From the human T2T-CHM13v2.0 reference genome, Homo sapiens, in the NCBI RefSeq assembly GCF_009914755.1, contig NC_060944.1: a DNA stretch of 64,000 nucleotides; one strand, 5' to 3'. Below, piece by piece: positions 15,012 to 30,909 of this stretch (positions are counted from its first letter, which is position 1; every line of letters begins with the position of its first letter). Position numbers and translations under genes: made by a program. The notes beneath the pieces were generated by a model. It had not been told where the DNA came from and did not search any database. It worked only from the letters and a program-made list of their open reading frames with translations.

Positions 15012-15121
15012 TACTAATAAGGTTAAGTATATTTACATAAGTGTATTGGCTCCTTAGAGATCTTTTATAAATCACCTGGTCAAGTCTCTAGCAAAGCCTC
15101 CACCCCTTCTTTTCAGCTTGC

Positions 15122-15174
<53 letters not shown>

Positions 15175-15290
15175 GTAGAGATGGGGTTTCACGGTGTTAG
15201 CCAGGATAGCCTCGATCTACTGACCTCGTGATCGGCCCATCTGGGCCTCCCAAAGTGCTGGGATTACAGGCGTGAACCACCGTGCCCGGC
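15122..15290 (-). mobile_element. AluY-type left monomer only, with (TAAA)n tail
   Basis: (TTTA)n joined directly to TTTAGTAGAG...GTGTTAGCCAGGAT...GCCCGGC. Confidence 0.88.
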
Positions 15291-16438
15291 TGCTCTGTTA
15301 ATTTTTAATCAATGGTTTATAGTAGTCATCGCACATTTTGAGTGTGAGCTTGTCATCATTTACATGTGTTCCAAATATCTTCTCTCACTCTAGACCTCAC
15401 GTTGTACCCTCTCAATGCTTCCTGTGAATGATCAGAAGTTCCTAATTCACGTAGAAAACTTTATCAATCTCTTTCTTCTCTGCTTAGTGCTTTTTGCATC
15501 CTGACTTTTAGAAACCCTTTCCTACTTTAAGGTCATGAAGAATGTCTCCTATATTAGCTTTTAGAAACTTTGTTTTAGTTTACAGAGTGTGTCTCTTGGT
15601 GCACTTGTCCACACCTTTTTGCTGGAATTGATGTTCGCCTATGGTGTGAAGCAGTGCTGGAGATTTGTTTTTCTTTTTAATGTGAATGTCCAATTGGGAT
15701 GGCACCATTTATGGAGAAGAAGATCATTACTGGCAGCTTTCAGTATCACTCTTATTATAAATCATGTGTCCATACATGTGTGGGTTTGTTTCTGGTTTCT
15801 CTTTTTTCTTCCGTGGACCCGTTTATTTCTCACATCAATACGACACTGTCTGAATTCCTGCAGCCTTATCATTAGTCTCAGGGTCCAGCACAGCAGCCCT
15901 CCTCCATGATTGTTCTTTTTCATAAATGATTTGACCATTCATGGCTCTCTGCATGCCATACACTGGAGTCAGCTTGCCCATGATCACGTTACTGGAGAAA
16001 AATTGTCTTTATTTCTACCTTTTCTTATTCCATATTGATTTACTGTGTGTTTGTTCCCTGGCTAGCACCCCCAGGACAGTGTTGAACAGAAATGGTGATA
16101 ATTTGGGCATTCTTGTCTCATTCCCAATGTCAAAAGGAAAGCTTTCAAATATTTCATGCACAAATGCAGTGATTGCTCTAAACTTGTTTCTGTGTGTGTT
16201 CGTGTGTCTGTGTGTGTGTGTGTGTGTGTCCACTCTTTATTACATAAAGATTTCTTTCTATTCTTAGTTTTCTAAGGATTTTTATGATGACCAGATTTTT
16301 ATTTGCATCAAAAGTTTTTCTACTTTATTGAAAGAATCATGTGATTTTTCCCCCCGAAAATGTGGTGAAGTCTGTGAATTTAATTTTCAGATGATATGCC
16401 AGCCTTGTATTCCTGGAATAAACCAACAGGTGTGTATG

Positions 16439-16826
16439 TAACACAACTGCATTTATTTAAATGGAACATTTGTTTGATTTCATATAAAACAAGTTTCTCA
16501 AAGAAATCCTGCCAGCACAGCAGTGTATGTATTGATTAAGAGTCCTGGTTTAGGAGATGCACTTCCGGAGTTCAAGCCCTGGCTCTGTGTTTCATTAGTT
16601 CTATTTTTTAAAGCCATAAGGAAGAGTCCTTAACCTCATTGTGCCTCAGCCTACCCACCCTGGTAACATCAGGATAATAGCCGTATCTATATCACAGGAC
16701 CGTTGTTAGAATGGAAAGCAATCATTCATGTAAAATGCATAGGCCCGTGCTTGGACAGTGTGAGCCCCGTGCACAACCATTAGTGATGTCTGTGTCCTTG
16801 GAAGAGGCACCACTTCATCCTGCAGC
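16439..16826 (-). repeat. 388-bp inverted copy of 18608-18995 (contains a MIR)
   Basis: Reverse-complement match with 2 mismatches. Confidence 0.98.
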
Positions 16827-17226
16827 CAAGACCACCCCAAGGTTTGGCGATTTGCCAGGGATTTGCTAGGGATCTACTCAGCATACAGTGATACTCACAG
16901 CTATGATTTATTACAGCAAAAGGATGCAGAGCACAATCAGCAAAGGGAAAATGTGCATGAAGTAAAAGTCTGGGTTTTGTTGGGGGCTGGTGCTGTAGGC
17001 ATGCTCTTAGCACATACCAAATTTCCGAGTCCCAGGAGGAAAGCAGGTATCCAGCATATACCATACTGTTTGCATAAAGAAGTTGGGTGCAGTGAGCCAG
17101 TCTTAGCAGTTAATGGTGGGGACTCTTCTGAAATCCAAGTCCCCAGGTACCAGCCAAAGGCCTACCTTGCAAGCAGGCCTTTTTAAGCACAGCCGTGTAG
17201 GCCTGCTGTGTTGACTTTTCCACACG
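16827..17226. mobile_element. MER21-family LTR
   Basis: CAAGACCACCCC...ACTCACAGCTATGATTTATTACAGCAAAAGGAT...CAGGCCTTTTTAAG. Confidence 0.75.
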
Positions 17227-17234
17227 GTGTGATA

Positions 17235-17346
17235 GTCTCCTTTCATGTATCATTGGATTCAGGTCATTGTGTCTCCTTTCATGTATCATTGGATTCAGGT
17301 CATTGTGTCTCCTTTCATATATCATCGGATTCAGATTATTGTGTCT
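17235..17346. repeat. 36-bp tandem repeat, 3 copies
   Basis: Unit GTCTCCTTTCATGTATCATTGGATTCAGGTCATTGT. Confidence 0.95.
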
Positions 17347-18031
17347 GTGGTTCTGGTATCTCTGTTGCTAAGTGAGATTCAGCCATCTTGAAGGTCTGTG
17401 TCAGGCTTTAGTGCCCATGTTACGCTGACCTCATCAAACACGGCAGGAAACAGTCCTTTTTAATTCTCTCCAAAGGCGTAGGCAATATTGGCATTATTTC
17501 CTCTTGCTGAACTTGGTAAACTTCATTAGTGATGCCACCTGGGGCTAGGATTTTCTTTTTAGAAAGAGTGTAGGAGTATTCACATTTTTCATTCTTTTTG
17601 AGTCCGTTTTAATAACATATGTGTATTTAAAAAAATTGTTCATTATCAAAGTGTTCAAGCTTCTTAGCAGAAAGTTTTTCATAATATGCTCTCATCTTTT
17701 TAATATCTGTATGATAAAAATGTTCTAATTTTTATTCCTGATATTGGATATTTGTGCTTTCTCTCTCTCTGATTGATGCCTGATGTCTGCTACTTCTCTA
17801 GGTTTTAATTCACAATATTTTGGTTTTTAAAATGTGATTTAATAGATTTTTTTCTGACTTTTTACCTCTGCTACTTATCACTGGTATGACTGTGGGTAGA
17901 TTACATAAATGCTTTGGGCCTTTCTGATCACTGTTATAAAATAAGGGCAGTGACTTCTACATGAGGCTCTTGTGTCGGATCTATGAGAGAATGAATGGAA
18001 TGTACCTAACGTGATGCTGGGTAGACCTTCA

Positions 18032-18365
<334 letters not shown>

Positions 18366-18607
18366 AAAGCTGGCTAAATTGGAATCATAGGAAAATATAT
18401 AATACAGCAACAGAACAAAAATTAGAGGTGGGGATAAAAAATTAAAAATGAAGCAAAGGAAAAAAATAGAAAGTACCATAAACAGAAACCATGAATGAGA
18501 AATACATACTTGCTAGAAGCGACCACTGATTTGCTTATAAACTCATTCTCGTCAACCTGGAGTTTGTCCTGTAGGGAACCCCGGGCCGCGTGCCAAGGGC
18601 TGAGAAA

Positions 18608-18995
18608 GCTGCAGGATGAAGTGGTGCCTCTTCCAAGGACACAGACATCACTAATGGTTGTGCACGGGGCTCACACTGTCCAAGCACGGGCCTATGCATT
18701 TTACATGAATGATTGCTTTTCATTCTAACAACGGTCCTGTGATATAGATACGGCTATTATCCTGATGTTACCAGGGTGGGTAGGCTGAGGCACAATGAGG
18801 TTAAGGACTCTTCCTTATGGCTTTAAAAAATAGAACTAATGAAACACAGAGCCAGGGCTTGAACTCCGGAAGTGCATCTCCTAAACCAGGGCTCTTAATC
18901 AATACATACACTGCTGTGCTGGCAGGATTTCTTTGAGAAACTTGTTTTATATGAAATCAAACAAATGTTCCATTTAAATAAATGCAGTTGTGTTA
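18608..18995 (+). repeat. Donor arm of the 388-bp inverted repeat (MIR plus unique flank)
   Basis: Lies in unique context. MIR core CTGAGGCACAATGAGGTTAAG. Confidence 0.95.
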
Positions 18996-19312
18996 TTTAG
19001 TGGGATACAAGCTCTGAATGCATTTTGAAGAAATAACAAAAATGTTGGGACTTCGCACCACTCCATGGTGCGTTCCCTCTGCGCATCCCAGACTTCCCGC
19101 AGGAGCTCGGCTTTTTCCCTGTGCCTCTGGGACACTGAGGTGGAGAATGTGGATGGAGAAAGCCGTCCGTTTTCTCTCAGTCATTATGGCACAGTCGGAT
19201 CCATTCCATCAGCATTTCCCCAACTTGAGCCGATTTTCTTTTAGAGAAAAAGAAGCTGCAAAGAGCTCTAAGTCTGTTTGAGGACCCTGTAGGCTGAAAA
19301 CTGCGGATTTAA

Positions 19313-19680
<368 letters not shown>

Positions 19681-20995
19681 TCAATTTTAAATTAATAATT
19701 CAACAGAGCAGATTTATCTTTCAACTTGTTACAAACAAAACAAAACAAAAACTTTTGAAAAATTACCACTGAAAAGAACCCAGAAAAAGAGAAAACATAT
19801 CATGAAACAAAGCTCTGGCCTAGATCTCCCACGCATCCCCATGGGTCTGCAGTCACCAACAACACTGGGATGGCTGATGGGTTGTGTTCTTCAGGATAAA
19901 GCAAAACTATTGCTTAGGAGTATAGCCATGCTGTCCCTAGTCAAGGCTGCCTTTGTTCACCTTTTTAGCCGGCAACTCTCCAGCGCCCAATGCACAGCCC
20001 TCTCTGGAAGTCCGAATGGATTGGATGGCATTGTCTATCTAGAGCGGGATGTGGGTCCCAGCACAGCCACTCCCTCCCCATCTCCCCAACCCATCTACCC
20101 AGCAGACCTGAAGGAAACCCCACCGACTCCATTGTGTTCTCCTTGTAGACAGAGCCTGTTTCCCTCCCCAACTACACAAAGGACTCAGATTTCCACCCTG
20201 GTCTCTGTCTGGCCTGCTGGCGAAGGTGTCTGGACCAAGTGCAACTCAGCCAGCCATGGGAGCTCCTGGCTATGAATGGACCTTTCTACTGTCCACTTCC
20301 TCTCAGAGGGCGATGGACACCCACAGTGGGTGTTGTTGGGTGGGCTCAACCCTCACACCATCCCTGCCGATGATGGTCCCTTATACACAGGAGCTCCTGT
20401 TTCATCAAATTGCTGTTGTGATGTGTTTGTTACATTCTCTCCCTCCATTCAGAGACGGACTCAGAGGCTTGCCTCGGACATAAACTCAAAAGACAGGGTA
20501 AGTGAGAAAGTGAGACAACAGGAATGAACTCAAGGGTGAGGAACCCAGGCAGCTTGGGAGGAGGTGAGAGTACAAATCACCTTCTCTCCTCCCCGGGTCC
20601 TGTCATCCCTGGTCCCTGCCAAAGGCGGGTGGACCTCACACTGGGCTCTGAGCCTGTGCTTTCCAGAGCGGGGGCCCAATTACCCTTGGCTCCTGGCTGT
20701 GGACTGGGATAATATAAAGCCCCTGGCACATCTTCTACCTTGAAAACTTAGAAAATAAAAAAGACCATTATTTCATACCCCAAAAGACATGCATAAATAG
20801 GGAGAAAAACATCAAATTTTAATTAACTTTAAAGCTCAAGGAGAAAAAAAAGTGATCGAAATTGAATGCTTTCATCCTATCACTCCAAACTCAGCAGGGT
20901 ACATGGGGACCTTCTATTTGTTCAACTCTGGAAGAATTTGATAGAAAAATTGGTGAAGACTTGCTGTAGCTCCTCTTTCAGCTGTTAGAAACCTA

Positions 20996-21345
<350 letters not shown>

Positions 21346-21552
21346 TTACACGGCAGCACGACTATTCTGGACATTTCTGGATGTTAGTATCTTTGCTGTT
21401 GATATTCTCCTTCTTCTTGTTCTCAAACCAGCTCCATGCTGCTCCATGCCAGCGCCTTGCCCGCCTTCTTCCCTCGCTCCCTCCCACATTCTATCCTCTG
21501 AAATTCCATGATTCTGCCGTTCCCTATGCCAGAGGAGGCTGTCTCATTAGAC

Positions 21553-21705
21553 CAGTGGTTCTCCAATCTGGCCACTCAGGAACCTCATGTGGGGTGTGTT
21601 TGAGAATATACTCATGTTGCCAGAGATCCTGACCTAAGTGAATGGAATGGGGCTGAGCATCAGATTATTTAAAGGTCTGCAGGTGGTTCTGAGGTACAGC
21701 CTGTT
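21553..21705. mobile_element. MER5-like DNA element
   Basis: CAGTGGTTCTC terminus with typical MER5 layout. Confidence 0.6.
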
Positions 21706-22985
21706 AAAAAGCTGCTGTCCAAGACCCATGTGTGTGGAAGGAATGGCTGGTGGACCCGCCACCCCTCCAGGAGGTCTCTGTACCAGAAGGAAGCGTCTTA
21801 GGGTGAATGCTGTACTGCGGCAGCTGGTACCACCGGGGTCCCGCGCACTGTGGGCTGACTCACCATGCCCCACCCTTGATGAATTATTTGCCAGTTCAGA
21901 TATGGTCATCCATGAACCAAAATCTGGACTAGGCAAAGTCTAATACAAGGCTACTGTCTCCTACACTCAAATATCCAGAGAGTGGTGTCTTAAGCTCTCA
22001 TATGTTAAGTTTGGGGAATTGGTCTTCTTCCCTCTGGAAATCTAGATAAGACACAAAGTGAGCATTACTCTGAGGATACCTTGCCCTGGGAAGTTTGGAG
22101 ATTGATGATGTTTCTAATGGCTGAGAAAAGGGCTTGGAGATTGGGGACCACGGGGACAGACAGGTCTCATCCAGGCAGCTCCTGGGGCATCACTCCAACC
22201 AGGCTCTGGCTTTCAGGGTCCGAGAAACCCAGCCCAGGGCAAGCCCTCTCCCTGGGGGAAACAGCTCAGAGCCCTCAGCACCACCATGCAGAAGCAGTTT
22301 TTCTTGCTCCTGGGGAAGAGGCCTGGGGGCTTTCCTCTCAAGTGCTTACCCTCCACCTGGCTACCTCCAACCAAACAGCAATTCCCTCCTCATTCAGAAA
22401 GTTTAGAACTTTCTCCCAGCTTCTTTGAATGGCGCTTTCTTTGCATCCATCCTCTTCAGGCCCTCCGCTTTCACATATGGGCTCCCCCTTTGTCCGAGTC
22501 CTGTGTTGGGGTACAGATATACCCACAGATGGCATGAGCCACTGTTCAAATAATGGACCATCCAATCTGTCGTGACACTACTGTGTGACAGCCCTCAGAC
22601 ACCGCTGTGTGTACATGTCTCTAGAAGCACAGGGGTGAGGCCGCTTCTCACATTTTATAGGACAAGGCACGGAGATAGGAAGGCATAAAAGGAGAATTTT
22701 AAAAAATTACCTGCACTGAGATCTTGAACCCCCAAGAACCCAGTGCTCCCCAATTGCTGTGTCCCTCGACACAGAGAGGGTGAGGGATCATGACCTGGGA
22801 GGTGCTTGTGGTATGGGGGGATCGTTGTGCACCCCTGCTCACCCACCAGCCTGGGCAGCTGCAGGGACACCAGGCCTTTGGAGGGGACTGCCGTCTCCGA
22901 ATTCAGCACGCGGGTCGTGGAGGCCTGCGTGTCCTCTGTGTACACGAATGCTCTTCTCCCGCAATCATTTCCTGACCTCATTTAG

Positions 22986-23617
<632 letters not shown>

Positions 23618-23967
23618 TCACGGAGTGGACATGATCCAAGGACTTAAAGGAATACTTTGTATCCACGTGCAAATACAGCTGTAATATTTTTGTAGAATAC
23701 CAAATTCAAATTTATTTTTCTTAGGGAAAAGAGTATTCCAGAGGAACTGGGGTTTACATTCAGGCCACCTCAGTCTCTCTCCTTTTCCCTGCCCATGATG
23801 TCCTCACAGGTGGGGTCCCCTCAGTCCCCTCTGACCCAGGAGGTCTTTGGGGGCGATGTGCGAAGGAACAGTGTTCAGCTTTGTCTCAGCACTAAGAGAA
23901 AGGGAGATGATGAAAACTAGCCCCTGGTTACACTGCGTGCTCGCCAAGCCCCAGGGCTGTCCTCACA

Positions 23968-24170
23968 CTCGCTTCTCAACTTGGGGTGATTCTGCCCCCC
24001 TAGGGGACAACTGGCAGCGTCTGGAGACATTTTTGGTTATCACACAAGGTGGGCGCGCCCCTGGCATCTATCGAGTGGAGATGGGGTGCTGTGAGACACC
24101 CTGCAGTGCACGAGGTGACCCCCACCACAGAGGGTCACCAGCCCACCCTGGCAATATTGTCGAGGCTGAG
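23968..24170. mobile_element. MER20 DNA transposon
   Basis: TTCTCAACTTGGGGTGATTCTGCCCCC...TCTGGAGACATTTTTGGTT. Confidence 0.8.
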
Positions 24171-24629
24171 GAGCTCTTCCTGTGGCTGCTGAAACGACCA
24201 CACATTGGGTGCTTGAAAGCAGCAGAGAAGTACTCTCCCTTCTAGAAATCTGAAATCAAGGTCTGAAATCAAGGTCCGTGCGCCCTCTGGTGGCGCCAGG
24301 GGAGAAGCTGTCCCTGGCTGCTCCAGCTTCTGCCAGCTGCCGGTTCCTCAGGGGTGCCGTCCTCACTCCAGTCTCCAGGACCCACATCTTCAGGTCTGTC
24401 TCTGCTTCAGCTTCACCCTCTCCTCTGTATGTGCCAAGTCTCCCTCTGCCTCCTTCGGATAAGGATACCCATGGCCGCATCCCGGCCCAGGGATAATCTT
24501 TCCTCTTTCAGGTCTTAACTTCATCCCATCTGCAAAGTTGCTTTTTACCTGTAAGTTCACATTTACAGTTTCCAGAGATTAGGGCATGAATATCTTTTGG
24601 TGGGGGGTATTGTTATTCAGCCAACCACA
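24171..24629. mobile_element. MLT1 (MaLR) LTR
   Basis: GTGGCTGCTG...TCTGAAATCAAGG...ATTCAGCCAACCACA. Confidence 0.8.
24280..24294 (-). promoter_or_regulatory. Consensus-quality CTCF core motif
   Basis: Minus strand GCCACCAGAGGGCGC. Motif match only. Confidence 0.55.
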
Positions 24630-25104
24630 CATATATTGACAAAATCCCCACAGCACTCTATAAGGTAAGCGCCTAATAATGGCCCCACATTACAGATGGG
24701 ATAACTGAGGCACACACAGGTTAAGTCACCCACTCCGTGCTGGGGCTGGGATGGAACCTGGGCTACGGGATCTGGAATTCACCCTGAGTTTCTGCTCAGC
24801 TCTGACTGCCTTGGTGGACACAGAGTGGCAATGCAGCTCCTCAAACTCAAGCAACTTCACTTTCTCATGGAGACAGCACTCAAACCCTCAGGACAGATGT
24901 GAAGATCCCAGTGTGAAAGACTCGGATTTAAGAATCGCGATCATTAAATCAGGAAGATGTCTTTCCATTCAGATTTTGCAGGATGACTGTGCTTTTATAT
25001 TTGTTAAGATAATGTAAAACTTCTCATTGATATGAATTTTTAAAAATATGTGACTTGTTGGGAATTTTCCTCCGGAGTGCTGTGCACACTGTCTTGGATC
25101 TGAA

Positions 25105-25565
25105 GGTGGGTTAGTTTGCCGGAGCTGCTGTAACAAAGCACCATGAATGAGGTGGCATAGAACAGTGGAAATCCATGGTCCCACAGTGCCAGAAGCTGGC
25201 AGTGTAGAATCAAGGTGTCGGCATAGTTGGCACTTTCCGAAGCCTCGAGGAAGGATCCGTTCCAGCTTCTCCAGCATCTGGTGTCCCCAGGTGTCCCCTG
25301 GCTTGTGGCAGCCATCCCCATGTTCCCATGGCATTCTCTCTGGATCGGCACAATATCTTCTCTCCATGCATCTAAGTCCAAGTTTCCCCCTTTTATAAGG
25401 ACCCCAGTCATATGGATTAGGGGCCTTATCTCAGGTATGACCTTATCTTGCCTAATTGCAACTGCAAAGGTTCTATTTCCAAATAAGGTCACTTTCTAAG
25501 GTACTCGGGGTTTCAGAACTTCAATGTAGAAATTTGGGGGGACCACAATTCAACTCATTGCAACA
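25105..25565. mobile_element. MLT1B/C LTR
   Basis: TTAGTTTGCC...GCTGCTGTAACAAAG...TTTCCAAATAAGGTCAC. Confidence 0.8.
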
Positions 25566-26153
25566 GAATTCTATATTAAACATTCTTCAGACAAGTTTTA
25601 CTATGTCTATATAATAAAAGAAAGTGTTTTAAGAGAGGTGCAACTTCTCTATGCTTACTACTTTTGTTTTTATTAATATTATCATTACTTGTTGTTTCAT
25701 GTCTGAACCCCTTTGGTCCTGCAACAGACCCGGCTGCCCTGGTGCCTGTGGCCTCAGCCACTGTCATCCTCAAGTCCTGGCTGTGGTTGACCATTTAGTA
25801 CAGGCCATTGAAGCCTGTGTCCACATCCTCCAGCCACAGATCCTCAGGAACACACTCATTGTTGAATGAATTGGGTTTATTACTCATTGCGGTGAGGGAA
25901 ATGCTTGCTATAGAGAACCACAGGGCTTCTCGGTAAAAGGGTGCTATTAAAACCTACTACATCAGTTATTTGCCTGGGGATGGGGAAGTAGGGGCTTTCA
26001 GGGTTGGCATGTGAGATGGGAGAAAGTGTCCTTCAGATCTCTGCTCCAGATATAATCTGACCTGGGGTCAGACCATGCTGGATCAATGACGTGGGACAGC
26101 TGCATGACCACTCATCAATTAATTAAACTTTCTGACCACAATGTGCTCAATCA

Positions 26154-26462
<309 letters not shown>

Positions 26463-27289
26463 TTAGCATGTACCTTGCAGGACTGAGTGGGAGAGAGCAT
26501 GTGAAGTGCCCACAATGGCCCCCCAATTAATGGGAGCTCCTATTTAATCAGATCACCACTGTTGAGTATGTATTCATACACCTTCTAGTCTCCATGAGAC
26601 TTTCATGGGTCGCAGTGACACACAGAACAGAGCAGAGCAACAGAAAAGTGCATGTGTTGGGACGTGAAATGGGCAGGGGTGAAGCTGGAGCATGGACCGC
26701 CTGCCCTCTGACCTGGGCACATGCAGAAGGGCTGCCTCTTGGGTTCAAGCCCTGGATGAAGGTTGCTCACCCTCAGGGGTCCTTGTCCATGTGCTGGAAC
26801 TATGTGAAGTTTAAGGGCAGAACTGGTGTTTCCTATATCTTACAATTAGACCATTAAACATGTCATCATTTTACTCATCACAAATATGTCTAACTTAGGG
26901 AAACTAAAATATAAGGATTTTGAAAGATAAAGCAATATAATTCAAAGGCATTTAGGCAATGGACCAAATCCCTTAATCTTAAGAGCCTGACTTCTGCAGG
27001 GACCCGGAGCATCTCTTCCAATAAAGGTGATAGACAAAGAACTGGAAAAGTTGGGCTGTCGTCTTTGTAGCATCTACCAGAGAGAAATACAGTTGCTTCC
27101 CATGACTGACAATTGTCTCTGAGTTAAAAACAAAGTGATTGTCCAGCAGCAAAACCATCCCTGTTTATATTTTTATTGGTAATGTTGCTACTATTTTGAT
27201 TTCCTCTTCAGTTCAACTGAATTGGGCACCATTCCCTGCTTGTCCACACTTTACAATTAGCCAGGCAGTCTTTAAAAATATCCAATACC

Positions 27290-29220
27290 AAGAAGCTCTC
27301 TTCCTGCTTAGGCTGTAGAAAGTCACAAGAGATTGTTGCTCCCACCTTAACCTGAATAATCTATGAAATTATAAGTGTTTTGAGCCCATCTGAAAGCGGA
27401 GGCTACAAGGCAACCTAGGGAAGTAGATTCCAGGAAGTGACAAGCCCCTCTGAAGACAGAGTACATACACACTGTCTTACCTTGGGCACAGATGGAAGGA
27501 ATAGGTGATCACCCTAAAAGTGCTAGGGGAAAACAGGTGAAATTGTAGCAACTCTTAAAGGCTGCTGACACAGGCTAGCATGACAGTTTGGAACACCCGG
27601 GAAGCCTAGACTCAAGGGGTTCCACACTCTCTTGTTAGCTCTTTTCCCTGGATCTCTGCTAGATGCTGCTGAGAAAGATCAAGAGCAGGGCAGGAAACAG
27701 AGCCTTATGAGGGGCTGCAAGAACAAAGCCCAACTGTTTCTCCAACTCTCCTCTCTCATGACACTATAGCCTCAAGATGCAGAAGAGCTGGAAAGCTCCC
27801 TACTCACTCTTCTAAAGCAAAGATCTATTGCCTTGAGGGGAGAGGGGAGTGTGGAAAATAGATCAATGGAACATTTCCAACTGAAACACAAAGAAGAAAT
27901 TAAAAAAAAAACAAAAAACATAAAAGAGCATTCAAGAACTCCAAGACAATAACCAATGATCTAAAATATCTGTAACTGGAGTCCAGGAAAGGGAAGACAG
28001 AGAGAACAAGGAAGAAGATATATTTAGAAACTTCTCAGCAATGACCTCTTCAGCATTAATAAAATACAACAAACTGCAAATCCCAAAAAGTCAGAGAACA
28101 CAAAGCAGGATATATGCAAAAGAAAATACACCTTGATGTATCACAGTCAAGCTTATAAGAAGTGAAGATAAAGAGATCTTAAAGACATCCAGAGAATGAA
28201 GAACATTACATACAGAAGGACAAAGATATCAATTACAACAGACTTCTCATCAGAAGCTATGTGAGCCCAAGACAATGGAACAATATTTTTAATACTGAAA
28301 GAAAGAAAAACCCCTATCAGTGTAGAATTCTACATTCAGTGAAAATATCTTTCAATAATGAAAATGAAATAGACTTTTTCAGAGAAATGAAAGCTTAGGA
28401 AAAATGTGACCTGTGTACTGCACTGAAGAAATATTCATGTTCTATGTTCTTCAAGAAGAAGGAAAATGATATGAGTTGGAAATTTGTATCTACACAAACA
28501 AAATAAATGATACAGTAAACATATAAGATACCTCCAAAAGGTATGGAAAAGTAGAAAATATTTGACTGTCTAAAGCAAAAATAGTAAAAATATTGTGTGG
28601 CCTATAACATACATACAAATAAAGTTTAGAACAAAGGAAAGGCAGCACAAAAAATGGGAGGGAATGTACATACAATGTGGTGAGGCTCTTACCCTATCTG
28701 GGAAGTGGTATAACATTATTTGAAGGTAGGCAATGGTAAGTTAAAAATGTATATTATAAACCCTAGGGTAACCACTACAAATTGAAACAGTGAGGTGTAA
28801 TTGATTACTTCAAATAGGACATTTTTTAAAAGATAAGAGACATAAATCTAACCACATTGATAATACATTAAGTGACAATAACCTAAATACTCCAATTAAA
28901 AGGCAAAAAGCAAGACTCAACTATTTTCTCTCTACAAGAAATTTACTTTAGCTATAGAACTGTTAAAAGTAAAAGGATGAAAAAAGACCTACCGTGAGAA
29001 CATTACTCAAAAGAAAGCAGGACTGACTATATTAACATCAAGCAGTGTAGATTTCAGAACAAAGAACATCAGGAACAAAAAGGGACATGGCAAATGTTAA
29101 AGGAGGCAATTCATTGAGAAGATGTAACAATCCTAAATCTGTATACACCAAATAAAAGAGCTTCCAATTACATAAGGCAAACATTGAAAGAACTGAAAGG
29201 AGAAATGGACAAAACCAAAA
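27290..29220 (+). mobile_element. Old L1M 5' portion (decayed ORF1 to start of ORF2)
   Basis: ACAGACTTCTCATCAGAAGC, AGAATTCTACATTCAGTGAAAATATC, CTCCAATTAAAAGGCA. Confidence 0.8.
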
Positions 29221-29532
29221 TGTTTTGAGTCGAGTAAAGGCAAATCCAACCACGTGGCTGATGCACGCTGTCCCTGCCACCCGTTTCTGTCTCAACTCTC
29301 TCCTCCACAACCTAGAGTTTCCACCAGCCCAGGGCCCCATGTGACATCAAGGGATTATGTCAAGTTTTGGAAGAAAACGAGGGCAGCTTTCTGCAGGATA
29401 ATAATAATAGCAGATATTTCTGGTGTCCTTGCACTGTGCCAGCTATTATTATGTCCTTTGCTTGAATTTCCTCATTTCATCTTCAAAACAATCCTGTGTG
29501 TTCAATCCTATTTACCACAGTTTTACAGATGA

Positions 29533-29926
<394 letters not shown>

Positions 29927-30265
29927 AATGCCCTTTTTTTTGTGAAAATATACAGAAAGGTGATATTTTCAATGTTAAATGCATAAATGTTAAAATAAAT
30001 GTATCATTTCGTAGAATACAAATCTGATGGCATTTTTAAGAAAAATTATGAACATCCTCTTAGGAGAAAGCAAGAAATCTAGGAACACCAAGGATCCTGT
30101 CTTGCTCACCTCAGGCTCCCTGAGAGAAGATGCAGCCTTCTGGGCCTTCAGGAAGATTTCTGGAGCAAAGTGTGAGGGATTCAAAGCAATTCCAATGATA
30201 AACTCTAAAGTTCTAGTGTCAAAAGTCGTCTTTCAATTGTGATTTTACATTGCAATGGAGTTTTA

Positions 30266-30520
<255 letters not shown>

Positions 30521-30909
30521 TCAAGTAAGATAAGATTGTTTGCTTATTGGAAAATAAGCAAACAAATGTTTAGAAGCACAAACTCCCCACATCAGCATCC
30601 TTACTTTTATTGTATATGGCTGCTGTTGTTTTCTCTATTTGTCCCAGGTCACTCCCTTGCTCTGCCTGGTCCTAATGGGCAGGACAGTGTCTGTCCACTT
30701 AGAGCAGAGGCTGTTGATGTGACATCCTTCCACCGTTCTCTCCTTTCTGGCCCTCATCAGTGATATGATCAATCATCATCTTCCCACCCACTGGGCAGAG
30801 TCCTGCCCTCCAAGCTTGCACTCCCTATTTGTCCTCCAAAGCTAGATGATGCTCTTCTATTCCCATGCTCCTATCTGGTATGATCTGATCAAACATTTCA
30901 TAGCACAGG

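Larger units (their letters stand above)
14100..17800 (-). mobile_element. Old L1ME-like element, fragmented; hosts MER58A (~14210-14420), a half Alu, a MER21-like LTR and two templated inserts
   Basis: Antisense L1 motifs continue collinearly across the inserts, e.g. GCATTTCTCTGATT|ACTAAT and CCTTGTATTCCTGGAATAAA...TTGGATTCAG. Confidence 0.75.

Noticed and set aside
17235-17346. 36-bp repeat unit of CRISPR-like length
   Set aside because: The units are head-to-tail with no spacers, in eukaryotic DNA with no cas genes.
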